In this document: positions 18,900 through 27,179 of the stretch, one piece after another
Numbering within the stretch: the stretch's first letter is position 1
Layout of the letters: the number at the start of each line of letters is the position of its first letter
Origin: Dehalococcoidia bacterium
GTDB taxonomy: Bacteria; Chloroflexota; Dehalococcoidia; Lucifugimonadales; GCA-2712585
Direction: 5' to 3'
Length of the DNA: 64,000 nt
Assembly (NCBI GenBank): GCA_965261665.1
Contig: OZ253467.1
Span: 150,576-214,575, forward strand
The notes under the pieces: model-generated
Databases searched by the model: none
What the model was told of the DNA's origin: nothing
Seen by the model: only the letters and a program-made list of their open reading frames with translations
Position numbers and translations under genes: made by a program

Positions 18900-19390
18900 T
18901 GACGATGACCCTAAATTCTCAAATGGAACTGCTTTCCCTGGCTTATGTGAGGGCAGTTGCGGCAAATTCCGGTTACCAGGTGTCCAGGCCCGAAATTGAT
19001 AATGACAGTATTGATGGCATTCTGATTGCCAGCGTTGGCAGGCGTGCTAGGATAGATTTTCAGGCTAAGGCGACAACCCAAAACCTAGTGTGGGGTGACC
19101 ACATACGGTTCCCCTTGTCGATCAAGAACTACAACGATTTACGCGATAGCACTATGACACCGCGAATTTTGGTAGTTCTAATGATGCCACGAGATAGAGA
19201 CAAGTGGTTAGGCCAAACCAATGAAGAACTCTGCCTGCGCCGCTGCGCATACTGGATGTCACTTGAAAACCTACCTGAGGTACCCAATAAAGATAGCGTA
19301 ACCGTTTACGTGCCTACTACCAACATCTTCAGCAGCGAGCAACTAATCAACCTTATGAGAAAGGTTGAAAAAGGAGAAACGCTATGCTAA
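18899..19390 (+). CDS. DUF4365-like PD-(D/E)XK nuclease-fold protein
   Basis: E.LSLAYVRAVAA, D.DSID, IDFQAKAT, NYNDLR, PRILVVL, AYWMSL. TAATG coupling to hsdS. Confidence 0.8.
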   Translation: MTMTLNSQMELLSLAYVRAVAANSGYQVSRPEIDNDSIDGILIASVGRRARIDFQAKATTQNLVWGDHIRFPLSIKNYNDLRDSTMTPRILVVLMMPRDRDKWLGQTNEELCLRRCAYWMSLENLPEVPNKDSVTVYVPTTNIFSSEQLINLMRKVEKGETLC

Positions 19391-20526
19391 TTCAGATAAG
19401 GGACCGCGCGGCCTTGTCTTCACTCTCAATTATGAATTTGCGTTCTTATCTCAATTCGCGTGGGTGGAGCAATAAAGGCCCTTGGGGAAGCAGGCCAGCC
19501 ACAATCTATGCCATAGAACATGGCGGGCGGAACTGGGAGATTTTGGTCCCTACCCGGGATACTATCGCCGATTATGTCGAGAGCATGGCGGAGTCTGTCG
19601 AGGTTCTGGCCAGGATTGAGGAACGCTCGCAGCTGGACGTTTTCTATGACCTACTGGGTGCAGGCGCCGACACGATACAAGTACGTTCATCTAATGGAGT
19701 CGTGAGAGAAGCCCTATCTCTACGTAGCAGCGCAGATTTGCTTCGTGATACATATGACATGTTGGCTTCGGCTGCGCGAGCCGTCGAGAGGCCTCAAGCT
19801 ACTTATCGCGGCAAAATAAGTTCTGATGTAGCAAATTACCTTGATAGTGTACGACCATTACCGGGTTATCATAATGGCTATGTTCTGACATTGCATTCTC
19901 CGGTGCCAGCAGGTTTTGGACGACAGGCAGATATGGGAGAAGAATTCATTGATCCTCCTTTCCCTCGTCGCACTACTTACAAGCTTGCACAAGCACTCGG
20001 ACACACTAGCACTGCACTACAGGAGGTGGTTATCAGGGATACCCTGGAGCCTTTTGAACAAGCTGTTCAATATGGAGTTAGTGCAAATTTGTGTGACTCG
20101 GTGGCAAAGTTAGCAAAGAAAGGACATGGAATTGACATAGATTTGGTTTGGGCTGGTGTGCGACCATCTAGCGCCATTGACTCCCACTTTCCATTTTCTC
20201 AGCACTCGGCGAGCATTCTTGAAGCGGCGGCGGGTCATTTCAGAAGCAAGGAGCCATATTTAAATGAGTATCTAATTGCAGATGTCGTACGGCTAGAACG
20301 TGAACCGGAGCAATTTGACGGCCGAGCACTAATTTTAGTGCGGCGAGACGAACCACCTTTCCGTATCCAAGTGGAATTCGAAGAATCCGACTATGACATT
20401 GTGATACTGGCCCACCGAGAGAAGAAACTAATTGGTGTATACGGCGACATTTATCAAGAAGGCAGGGGACATAAACTACAGAACCCCCGGAATCTAAAAC
20501 TCTTAGATAATGAACCACTACCATGA
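19384..20526 (+). CDS. Conserved-looking hypothetical protein (380 aa), partner of the DUF4365-like gene
   Basis: Long intact ORF with lower GC, an AAGGAG SD and a 7-nt overlap with the upstream gene. No motif recognised. Confidence 0.85.
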   Translation: MLIQIRDRAALSSLSIMNLRSYLNSRGWSNKGPWGSRPATIYAIEHGGRNWEILVPTRDTIADYVESMAESVEVLARIEERSQLDVFYDLLGAGADTIQVRSSNGVVREALSLRSSADLLRDTYDMLASAARAVERPQATYRGKISSDVANYLDSVRPLPGYHNGYVLTLHSPVPAGFGRQADMGEEFIDPPFPRRTTYKLAQALGHTSTALQEVVIRDTLEPFEQAVQYGVSANLCDSVAKLAKKGHGIDIDLVWAGVRPSSAIDSHFPFSQHSASILEAAAGHFRSKEPYLNEYLIADVVRLEREPEQFDGRALILVRRDEPPFRIQVEFEESDYDIVILAHREKKLIGVYGDIYQEGRGHKLQNPRNLKLLDNEPLP

Positions 20527-20546
20527 GCAACATCGCTGAATCCACC
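20523..20546 (+). pseudogene. Possible N-terminal stub of hsdR (MSNIAEST)
   Basis: ATGA overlap with the preceding stop. The peptide resembles HsdR N-termini (M..I.ES.VE), then loses coding character. Confidence 0.35.
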
Positions 20547-20617
20547 TTTACAATGAACGGTGTCCGTCCCACCTCTTACTCCACAGCTTCAGCCGATAGC
20601 AGTTCGCCGGAGGGGAT

Positions 20618-21370
20618 CTACCCCGGCCTTGTGTACCCCAACCCCCCCAGAAACCCCAAGTCCTCCGCCGAAAGCTCCGCCTTCACCAGCAAGTCCGGCC
20701 GCCACCGGAGCGTCCGCTCCAACGCACGCTCCCGACGCCACCGCTTTATCTCTCCGTGGTTGCCGGAAAGCAGCATCTCCGGCACGTCCCAGCCCTCGTA
20801 TCGAGCCGGGCGAGTGTACACCGGGTGCTCCAGCAACCCCGTCGTAATAGAGTCGCGGCCCACGCTTTCCGGCGAACCCACCACACCGGGCAGCAGCCGG
20901 ACCACCGCGTCCGCCAGCACCATCGCCGCCAGCTCCCCGCCCGACAGAACGTAGTCGCCAATGCTCACGTCGTCAGTAATCAGATGCTCCCGCACCCGTT
21001 CGTCAACTCCCTCATAATGCCCGCATAGCACAATCAGGTACCGTTGCCGGGCAAACTCCTCCACCTTCTTCTGGTCCAATAGCTTACCTTGAGGCGAAGT
21101 CAGGATGACCCGCGTCGTCGCCATCTCTAGCTGAGTAATCCCTGACAGAATCGTCTCCACGCCCTCGAAGATCGGTTCCGGTTTCATCACCATCCCCGAA
21201 TCGCCGCCGAACTGGTAGTCGTCCACCGTTCGATGCCGGTCGTGGGTGTAGTCCCGAATGTCGTGGAGGCGAATATCCACCGCCCCCTTGTCCACGGCCC
21301 GTTTGACGATGCTCTGGTCAAAAGGCCCCTGGAACATCTCCGGGAACAGCGTCAGAATGTCTATCTGCAT
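20618..21370 (-). CDS. trmD: tRNA (guanosine(37)-N1)-methyltransferase
   Basis: IDILTLFPEMF, VDDYQFGG..GMVMKPEP, LCGHYEGVDERV, SIGDYVLSGGE, LLSGNH. Confidence 0.98.
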   Translation of the reverse strand: MQIDILTLFPEMFQGPFDQSIVKRAVDKGAVDIRLHDIRDYTHDRHRTVDDYQFGGDSGMVMKPEPIFEGVETILSGITQLEMATTRVILTSPQGKLLDQKKVEEFARQRYLIVLCGHYEGVDERVREHLITDDVSIGDYVLSGGELAAMVLADAVVRLLPGVVGSPESVGRDSITTGLLEHPVYTRPARYEGWDVPEMLLSGNHGEIKRWRRERALERTLRWRPDLLVKAELSAEDLGFLGGLGYTRPG

Positions 21371-21385
21371 GGAAGAGAGGGATCG

Positions 21386-21880
21386 TCAGTCGCCCGTGGG
21401 GTGACCTTTCGCCCTATCCTTTAGAATCTCCAAGGCATGGGGCAGCACGGGCAGAATCACCTCCAAACATTCCTCCACCGCCTTGGGACTGCCGGGCAGC
21501 GCCACTATTAGAGTGTGCCCCCGTGCGCCCGCCACCGAGCGGCTGAGCATCGCCATAGGCGTCTTGCTCAGAGTCTGGGCCCGCATGGCCTCGGCCATGC
21601 CGGGGACTTCCCGATCCATGACCGCCAAGCACGCTTCCGGCGTCACGTCGTTCGGACTCAACCCCGTCCCGCCGGTGCTGACAATCAGGTCCAAACCGTC
21701 CCTGTCGGCCCACACCCTGAACCTGTCCTCTATACCCTCTTGTACGTCCGCAATAACCTCGTAACGCTCCTCCTCATATAAGGGGGACGACAGGATCCGC
21801 CGGATGGCCATTCCGCTGGCGTCTTCCCTCTTGCCCTGATGGCCACTGGTGCTCACCGTAAGGATGCCCAAAGTAAACAT
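21386..21880 (-). CDS. MogA/MoaB family molybdopterin adenylyltransferase
   Basis: GILTVS, STGGTGLSPNDVTPEA, AMLSR, LPGSPKAV. Confidence 0.93.
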   Translation of the reverse strand: MFTLGILTVSTSGHQGKREDASGMAIRRILSSPLYEEERYEVIADVQEGIEDRFRVWADRDGLDLIVSTGGTGLSPNDVTPEACLAVMDREVPGMAEAMRAQTLSKTPMAMLSRSVAGARGHTLIVALPGSPKAVEECLEVILPVLPHALEILKDRAKGHPTGD

Positions 21881-22419
21881 AAGCCGCTCCTCTATCTATG
21901 GTAGCACGCCGCTTTCGATTAGGACAATTTCGATGAATCCACCAAAATTACAGCCCTCAGACTACCTGCTCTGCATGGGGTTATGAAGCTAACTGACGGA
22001 CAAATACCCACATTGTTAGACTCAGGAAATTGCACGTGTCGGACAAAACACTGCCAAATTCTCAAAATTACATAAAACACACATAAACTTTATCTGAAAA
22101 AGACTTGAAGCATTGTTCTAGCCGATGTTACCTTACCTACATTGCTTGGGGAAGACAGGTGGCAGGCCAACATTAGAGCCTCTATCTAACATAAGCGAAG
22201 ACGCCTACCCCTCGGATAGCGTCATGTGAATGGGGATTTCCCTGCGGGAAGTCCTTAAATGTTGGAAGAGCAACGGCCTGCAACGCCACTCTTAGGAAAA
22301 CTCCTACAAGAGTGGGCAATCCAGGGGCACAGAATCTAGGGGCAGGAGGCCAGGTAACCTCTACCATGGTGAGAACCGCAACACTACCAGGGACCGCCTT
22401 AGAAGGGTTGAGACACCCC

Positions 22420-23367
22420 ATGCATGACGTTTCCTTCGTCCATCAACCGGTTCTACTGAAGGAAGCCATCGACGCTTTGGCGGTGCGACCCGGCGGCAGA
22501 TACGTCGACTGTACCGTGGGCGGCGGCGGCCACGCGGAAGCGATTCTGCAAGGGTGCCTTCCTCACGGTCGATTGCTGGGCATCGACGCAGATACGGAAG
22601 CCATGGAAGTCGCCCGCTCGAAGCTTGCCCGGTTCCATGACGCTTTTACTCCGGTCCACGGCAGCTACGCAGGCTTGCAAGAGATCCTGGACCGGAACGA
22701 ATTTGGCCCTGTGGACGGAATCATCTTCGACCTCGGCCTGTCCTCCCTCCAGCTCGAGGCTTCAGGCCGTGGATTCAGCTTCCGGCGGGAGGAACCTCTG
22801 GACATGAGGTTCGACACGACCGCCCCCAACCCGACGGCAGCAACCATAATCGACAGAAGCAGTGAGAAAGAATTGGTCCGCCTTCTCCGTAGCTACGGGG
22901 AAGAGCGCCGCTCCCGCGCTATAGCTAGGGCCTTGGTTCAGAACCGGCCATTCCGAAGCGCGGCACACTTGGCCCAGGTAGTTACCCGCCACACAGGTCC
23001 TTCCCGGGGCGGCATACACCCGGCCACGCGCACCTTCCAGGCTCTGCGCATCGCCGTCAACGGGGAGTTGAACAATCTAAGAACTGGGCTGCAGCAGGCC
23101 ATAAGCGCCCTCAAGCCCGGAGGTAGGCTGGTAGTCATCAGCTACCACAGCCTGGAGGACCGGATAGTCAAGGAAACCTTCAGGAGGGAATCCCAAGACT
23201 GCGTATGCCCACCGGAATTCGTCCAGTGCATATGCAGCCATCAAGCACAGTTAAGCACTATTCATAGGAAAACAATCACACCAACCGTAGAGGAAAAGGT
23301 AAGGAATCCTCGCAGCAGAAGCGCTCGAATGCGAGCAGCAAAATATCTCAAGGCTAGGTCGACATAG
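22420..23367 (+). CDS. rsmH: 16S rRNA m4C1402 methyltransferase (MraW)
   Basis: HQPVLL.E, VDCTVGGGGH, DLGLSSLQL..RGFSF, PLDMR, HPATRTFQALRIAVN, ISYHSLEDR, NPRSRSA. Confidence 0.97.
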   Translation: MHDVSFVHQPVLLKEAIDALAVRPGGRYVDCTVGGGGHAEAILQGCLPHGRLLGIDADTEAMEVARSKLARFHDAFTPVHGSYAGLQEILDRNEFGPVDGIIFDLGLSSLQLEASGRGFSFRREEPLDMRFDTTAPNPTAATIIDRSSEKELVRLLRSYGEERRSRAIARALVQNRPFRSAAHLAQVVTRHTGPSRGGIHPATRTFQALRIAVNGELNNLRTGLQQAISALKPGGRLVVISYHSLEDRIVKETFRRESQDCVCPPEFVQCICSHQAQLSTIHRKTITPTVEEKVRNPRSRSARMRAAKYLKARST

Positions 23368-23389
23368 CGACTGGTTGAAAGGAAGGCTC

Positions 23390-24634
23390 ATGGCAAAAGA
23401 TATCTTTTATACCGCTCTAGACATTGGCACCAGCAAGGTCGCCACCGTGGTTGCCCAGGTGGGGCCAGATGGAGAACTCAAGATTGTGGGCGCCGGTTTG
23501 GTTCCTTCTCAAGGCGTGGTCAAGGGCCAGATCGTCAACGTGGCAGAGGCACAGGAAGCCGTTCAAACATCCGTTAACGAGGCACAGCGGTACATGGGAT
23601 ACCGAATCCCGTGGACCTACGTTAGCATCGCCGGAGCCTCCACCTCCTGCTTCAACACCACCGGAGTCATACACGCCGATACCAACGGAGGGCCCATTAC
23701 CGGCGAAAACGTAGATCAGCTGGTTCAGACCTCCTATCCCCAAATTCCGGAAGACAAGCAGCTGCTCCACGTCATGCCCGTGAACTACGTGGTGGATGGC
23801 TATCGAGGGGTTCGCAGCCCTCTGGGTCTCCACGCTGGGCGAGTAGAGGTTGAATCCCACGTCGTAATGGCAGACAAAGACGCAATTCGTCAGACCCTCC
23901 ACGCCGTGGAGGACTGCAACGTGCCCGTTCGCGACGTGGTCCTGTCTTCCTTGGCCTCCGCGGAGGCCACCCTATTCCAGGATGAGAAAGAGATGGGGGT
24001 CGTGCTCGCAGACATGGGCGCCGGCACTACGGACCTGGCCATCTTCAAAGACGGTAGCCTCTGGTTCGACACCTCCATTCCGGTTGGTGGCAATCAGTTG
24101 ACCCGGGACCTGTCCGTGGCCCTGGGAATGCCGTACTACTTTGCAGAGGACCTCAAGGACAAGTGGGGACACGCCGCCCCGGACATGGAACAAGCCGGCG
24201 AGGAAGTGCTCCTGCCCAGCTTCCAGGGTCAATCCCGTAGGCTGATCCGAAGGGGCACCTTGTGCAAACCTCTGATAGATCGTTTACAAGAAACTCTGGG
24301 TCTTATCATGCTTAGGGCCCAGCAGGCAGGTTTGCGCCGGCTTCCCCCGGGGGGCGTAGTCCTCACTGGTGGAACCGCAAGGATTCCCGGCCTTCAGCAG
24401 ATGGCCACCGAGATTCTGGCTTGCCCCGTTCGCGTCGCCGCTCCCATAGGTATCCGCGGCTTCAGTCCGGAACACAACCAGCACGCCTTCTCCACCGTGA
24501 TAGGGCTGCTGCTGTGGGGCATCAAGAACCAGAACCGCTCGCGTGTCTTCAGCAAGAGCCGGGCTGAATACGGATCCAGCAAGGGGTCCAAGGCCTTCTT
24601 CCAGCGCATCAAGAAGGCTGTCAAAGTCAAGTAG
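23390..24634 (+). CDS. ftsA: Cell division protein FtsA
   Basis: ALDIGTSKV, DMGAGTT, PVGGNQLTRD, VVLTGGTA. Lies directly upstream of ftsZ. Confidence 0.93.
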   Translation: MAKDIFYTALDIGTSKVATVVAQVGPDGELKIVGAGLVPSQGVVKGQIVNVAEAQEAVQTSVNEAQRYMGYRIPWTYVSIAGASTSCFNTTGVIHADTNGGPITGENVDQLVQTSYPQIPEDKQLLHVMPVNYVVDGYRGVRSPLGLHAGRVEVESHVVMADKDAIRQTLHAVEDCNVPVRDVVLSSLASAEATLFQDEKEMGVVLADMGAGTTDLAIFKDGSLWFDTSIPVGGNQLTRDLSVALGMPYYFAEDLKDKWGHAAPDMEQAGEEVLLPSFQGQSRRLIRRGTLCKPLIDRLQETLGLIMLRAQQAGLRRLPPGGVVLTGGTARIPGLQQMATEILACPVRVAAPIGIRGFSPEHNQHAFSTVIGLLLWGIKNQNRSRVFSKSRAEYGSSKGSKAFFQRIKKAVKVK

Positions 24635-24676
24635 TTAAAGCCAACGGGAAACTAATATAATCGTAGAGGAGGAGTC

Positions 24677-25825
24677 ATGGAATACCAGCAAGACCATCAC
24701 GTGGAGGACCATAACCCGGTCTTTTCACTACCGGAAGGCAAGCCTTACGGCAACCCTGTCATTCGAATCATCGGAGTTGGCGGCGGTGGGAGTAACGCCG
24801 TTAACCGCATGTTCAGTGACCGGGTGTCAGGCGTGGAATACTTCGCAATCAACACGGACGCCCAGCATCTCGCCCTTTTGGACGTGCCCAACAAGCTGGC
24901 CATCGGCCAGTCCCTCACACGGGGCCTGGGCGCCGGCGGAAACCCTGACATTGGCCGGCAGGCCGCCGAGGAGAGCCGGGATAAACTCGAACAGGTAACC
25001 CAAGGCGCAGACATGGTGTTCTTGGCCTGCGGCATGGGTGGCGGCACCGGCACCGGAGCCCTCCCCATAGTCGCCCAAATTGCCAAGGAATCCGGCGCCC
25101 TAACCGTCGCTGTAGTCAGCCGTCCCTTCTCTTTTGAGGTTCGGACCCGGCGCAAGAACGCCGATGAAGGCCTCCTGAGACTCCAGGACCACGTGGACAC
25201 CGTCATCACTATCCCCAATGACAAGCTCTTGGACATGGAGCGTCAGCGGGAAAACCAGACCGTTTCTTGGGACGACGCCCTCCGCCTGGCGGACTCCGTC
25301 CTCCAGCATGGCATCCAGGCCATCGCTGAAGTGGTCATGGTGACCGGTGAGATCAACGTGGACTTCGCCGACGTGCGGGCAATCATGCTCAACGCCGGTC
25401 CCGCTTGGCTGGCCATCGGCCACGGCACTGGCGAGAACCGGGCCTTGGACGCCGCTCGCATGGCTACCAAGAGTCCGTTGCTCGACATCGCCATCGAGGG
25501 CGCCAAGAGGATCCTCTTCGTCATGACCGGCGGGCCTTCCCTCTCCCTCCGTGAGATCCAGCAGGCCTCCAGTGTCATTGAAGAATTGGCCGACGCCGAA
25601 GCCAACGTCATCTTCGGCACCGTCAAGGACCCCAAGCTGACTGATGAAGTCAAGATAACCCTAGTGGCCGCTTCCTTCCCAATGCCCGAGGAGAACATGG
25701 TCCAGCGACAAGAAGAGTTGCGAAACCTTCTCCGACAGAGCGTCAGCCAGACCGGCGACGACCTGGACGTTCCCAGCTTCCTGCGCAAAGAGACAGTCTC
25801 CCGCAACCGAGGTTTCTTTGGGTAG
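24677..25825 (+). CDS. ftsZ: Cell division protein FtsZ
   Basis: GVGGGGSNAV, GLGAGG, GMGGGTGTG, INVDFADV and C-terminal LDVPSFLR. Confidence 0.98.
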   Translation: MEYQQDHHVEDHNPVFSLPEGKPYGNPVIRIIGVGGGGSNAVNRMFSDRVSGVEYFAINTDAQHLALLDVPNKLAIGQSLTRGLGAGGNPDIGRQAAEESRDKLEQVTQGADMVFLACGMGGGTGTGALPIVAQIAKESGALTVAVVSRPFSFEVRTRRKNADEGLLRLQDHVDTVITIPNDKLLDMERQRENQTVSWDDALRLADSVLQHGIQAIAEVVMVTGEINVDFADVRAIMLNAGPAWLAIGHGTGENRALDAARMATKSPLLDIAIEGAKRILFVMTGGPSLSLREIQQASSVIEELADAEANVIFGTVKDPKLTDEVKITLVAASFPMPEENMVQRQEELRNLLRQSVSQTGDDLDVPSFLRKETVSRNRGFFG

Positions 25826-25921
25826 GCAACGCCGCTAGCTCCTTGCTTACCGAGTAATGTTCCTAGGGTCTACGGACTACTAGCCCTTGCAGCTGAAACC
25901 CACGACACCTGGGAATCCACT

Positions 25922-25958
25922 GAGGCCCCGACGCTCGCGTCGGGGCCTCTCAATTTTT
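25922..25958 (+). terminator. Rho-independent terminator after ftsZ
   Basis: Stem-loop gaggccccgacg-ctcg-cgtcggggcctc followed by tcaattttt. Confidence 0.75.
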
Positions 25959-26062
25959 CCCAAAATCCCTGCCGCCATACACGCTGGCCGCACGCCTTCA
26001 CCGCGTGGCTGGATGCATCCTCTGATTGTGGTCAACCCCCGCAACCTCGCAGGACACAACGC

Positions 26063-26132
26063 TTGCACGTTGCTGTTGTCTACTATATATTGTGTTTTCA
26101 CGCCGCCGCCATACTCCATGTAGATATTGTAT
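26063..26132 (+). promoter_or_regulatory. Sigma70-type promoter overlapped by an NrdR box, plus a weaker second box
   Basis: TTGCAC (26063) -17 nt- TATATT (26086). CTACTATATATTGTGT (26080-26095) fits the consensus acaCwAtATaTwGtgt; degenerate copy CATGTAGATATTGTAT at 26117-26132. Confidence 0.75.
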
Positions 26133-26238
26133 CTGCACCGTGCAGCGTAAAATCCGTTGCGGGTGAAGCGGTTGCCGTAATTGGGGGGGCGGCTGCGGCA
26201 TTCAACCTCAATCAGGAGCGTTCGAGCGGACTCGCACA

Positions 26239-26802
26239 GTGCAATGTCCATACTGCAACGGCGCCTATTCCAAAGTCACGGATTCCCGCTCTACGGAGGA
26301 CAGTATCCGTCGGCGGCGGGAGTGCGCCGGCTGCGGCCATCGATTCACCACCTACGAACGCGTCGAGATCATCCCTCTACAGGTAATAAAGCGCGATGGG
26401 CAAAAACAGGAATTTCAGAGGAGCAAGCTCCTCTCCAGCATCGCCATCGCCTGTACCAAGAGGCCAATTCCCTCCCGCAGCATCGACCGCATAGTCCAGG
26501 ACGTGGAAAGACAGCTTCATTCCCTGGGCCCCTCGGAGGTTCCTACCGTTGCAATTGGGGAGATGATAATGGAGCATCTTCGCGAGTTGGACTGGGTCGC
26601 CTACGTGCGCTGGACAAGCGTATACAGGGACTTCCAAGACTTGGAGAGCTTCGAGCAGGTGATGGAAGAACTTAGGAAGCGGGAGGGTCAGCCCCAGGAC
26701 TCTATCCAGTTGACGCTGATGGACCAGGGGCCCGCCAAGCCGAGGCGAGCCAGGGCAAGAACTCCCCGCCGCTCCAAGAGTGCAGGCAACGGGACAACAT
26801 AG
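26239..26802 (+). CDS. nrdR: Transcriptional repressor NrdR
   Basis: CPYC...DSR...IRRRREC..C..RFTTYE, ATP cone, VAYVRW.SVYRDF. Confidence 0.97.
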   Translation: MQCPYCNGAYSKVTDSRSTEDSIRRRRECAGCGHRFTTYERVEIIPLQVIKRDGQKQEFQRSKLLSSIAIACTKRPIPSRSIDRIVQDVERQLHSLGPSEVPTVAIGEMIMEHLRELDWVAYVRWTSVYRDFQDLESFEQVMEELRKREGQPQDSIQLTLMDQGPAKPRRARARTPRRSKSAGNGTT

Positions 26803-26825
26803 CAATTCTAAACAGGGGCAATTAT

Positions 26826-27083
26826 TTGAAAACAGGTAGCAACAAACAGTCAGCCGCCATCGACGCGCTTATACCATTGGTGATTCCCGAGAAGGGCATT
26901 ACCCGCAGCCAACTGGCCAAGGTGCTCAAGATAAGCTATGCCCAGGCCACCCGCTCCCTGGAGCTTATGCGGCGTCATCGGCTCCTTAGCCGTCGAATTC
27001 GCAAGTCCCAGTACGTTTATCGCCTCACCGCAGGCAGGGACCACCTCGCCAACAGCATCACCAGCACCATCCACGTTAACTAG
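26826..27083 (+). CDS. Small winged-helix DNA-binding protein (85 aa)
   Basis: GITRSQLAKVLKISYAQATRSLELMRRHRLLSRR...YVYRLT fits a wHTH pattern. TTG start. Confidence 0.6.
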   Translation: MKTGSNKQSAAIDALIPLVIPEKGITRSQLAKVLKISYAQATRSLELMRRHRLLSRRIRKSQYVYRLTAGRDHLANSITSTIHVN

Positions 27084-27179
27084 CCCGTTGGAATCCAGGA
27101 GATCGGCTATAGGCAATTTTGAAAATTATTCGCTCTGAAATTTCATATTGAATTTGAATTTTTAACCTTTGGAGATTTT

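Noticed and set aside
20560-20617. Orphan gene tail (IPSGELLSAEAVE*) on the minus strand as a duplicate of the trmD 3' end
   Set aside because: Similarity to the trmD C-terminus is too weak to support a duplication.
21881-22419. mraZ gene or an MraZ-box array upstream of rsmH
   Set aside because: No ORF has MraZ motifs, and the scattered TGGG runs lack regular 10-bp spacing.
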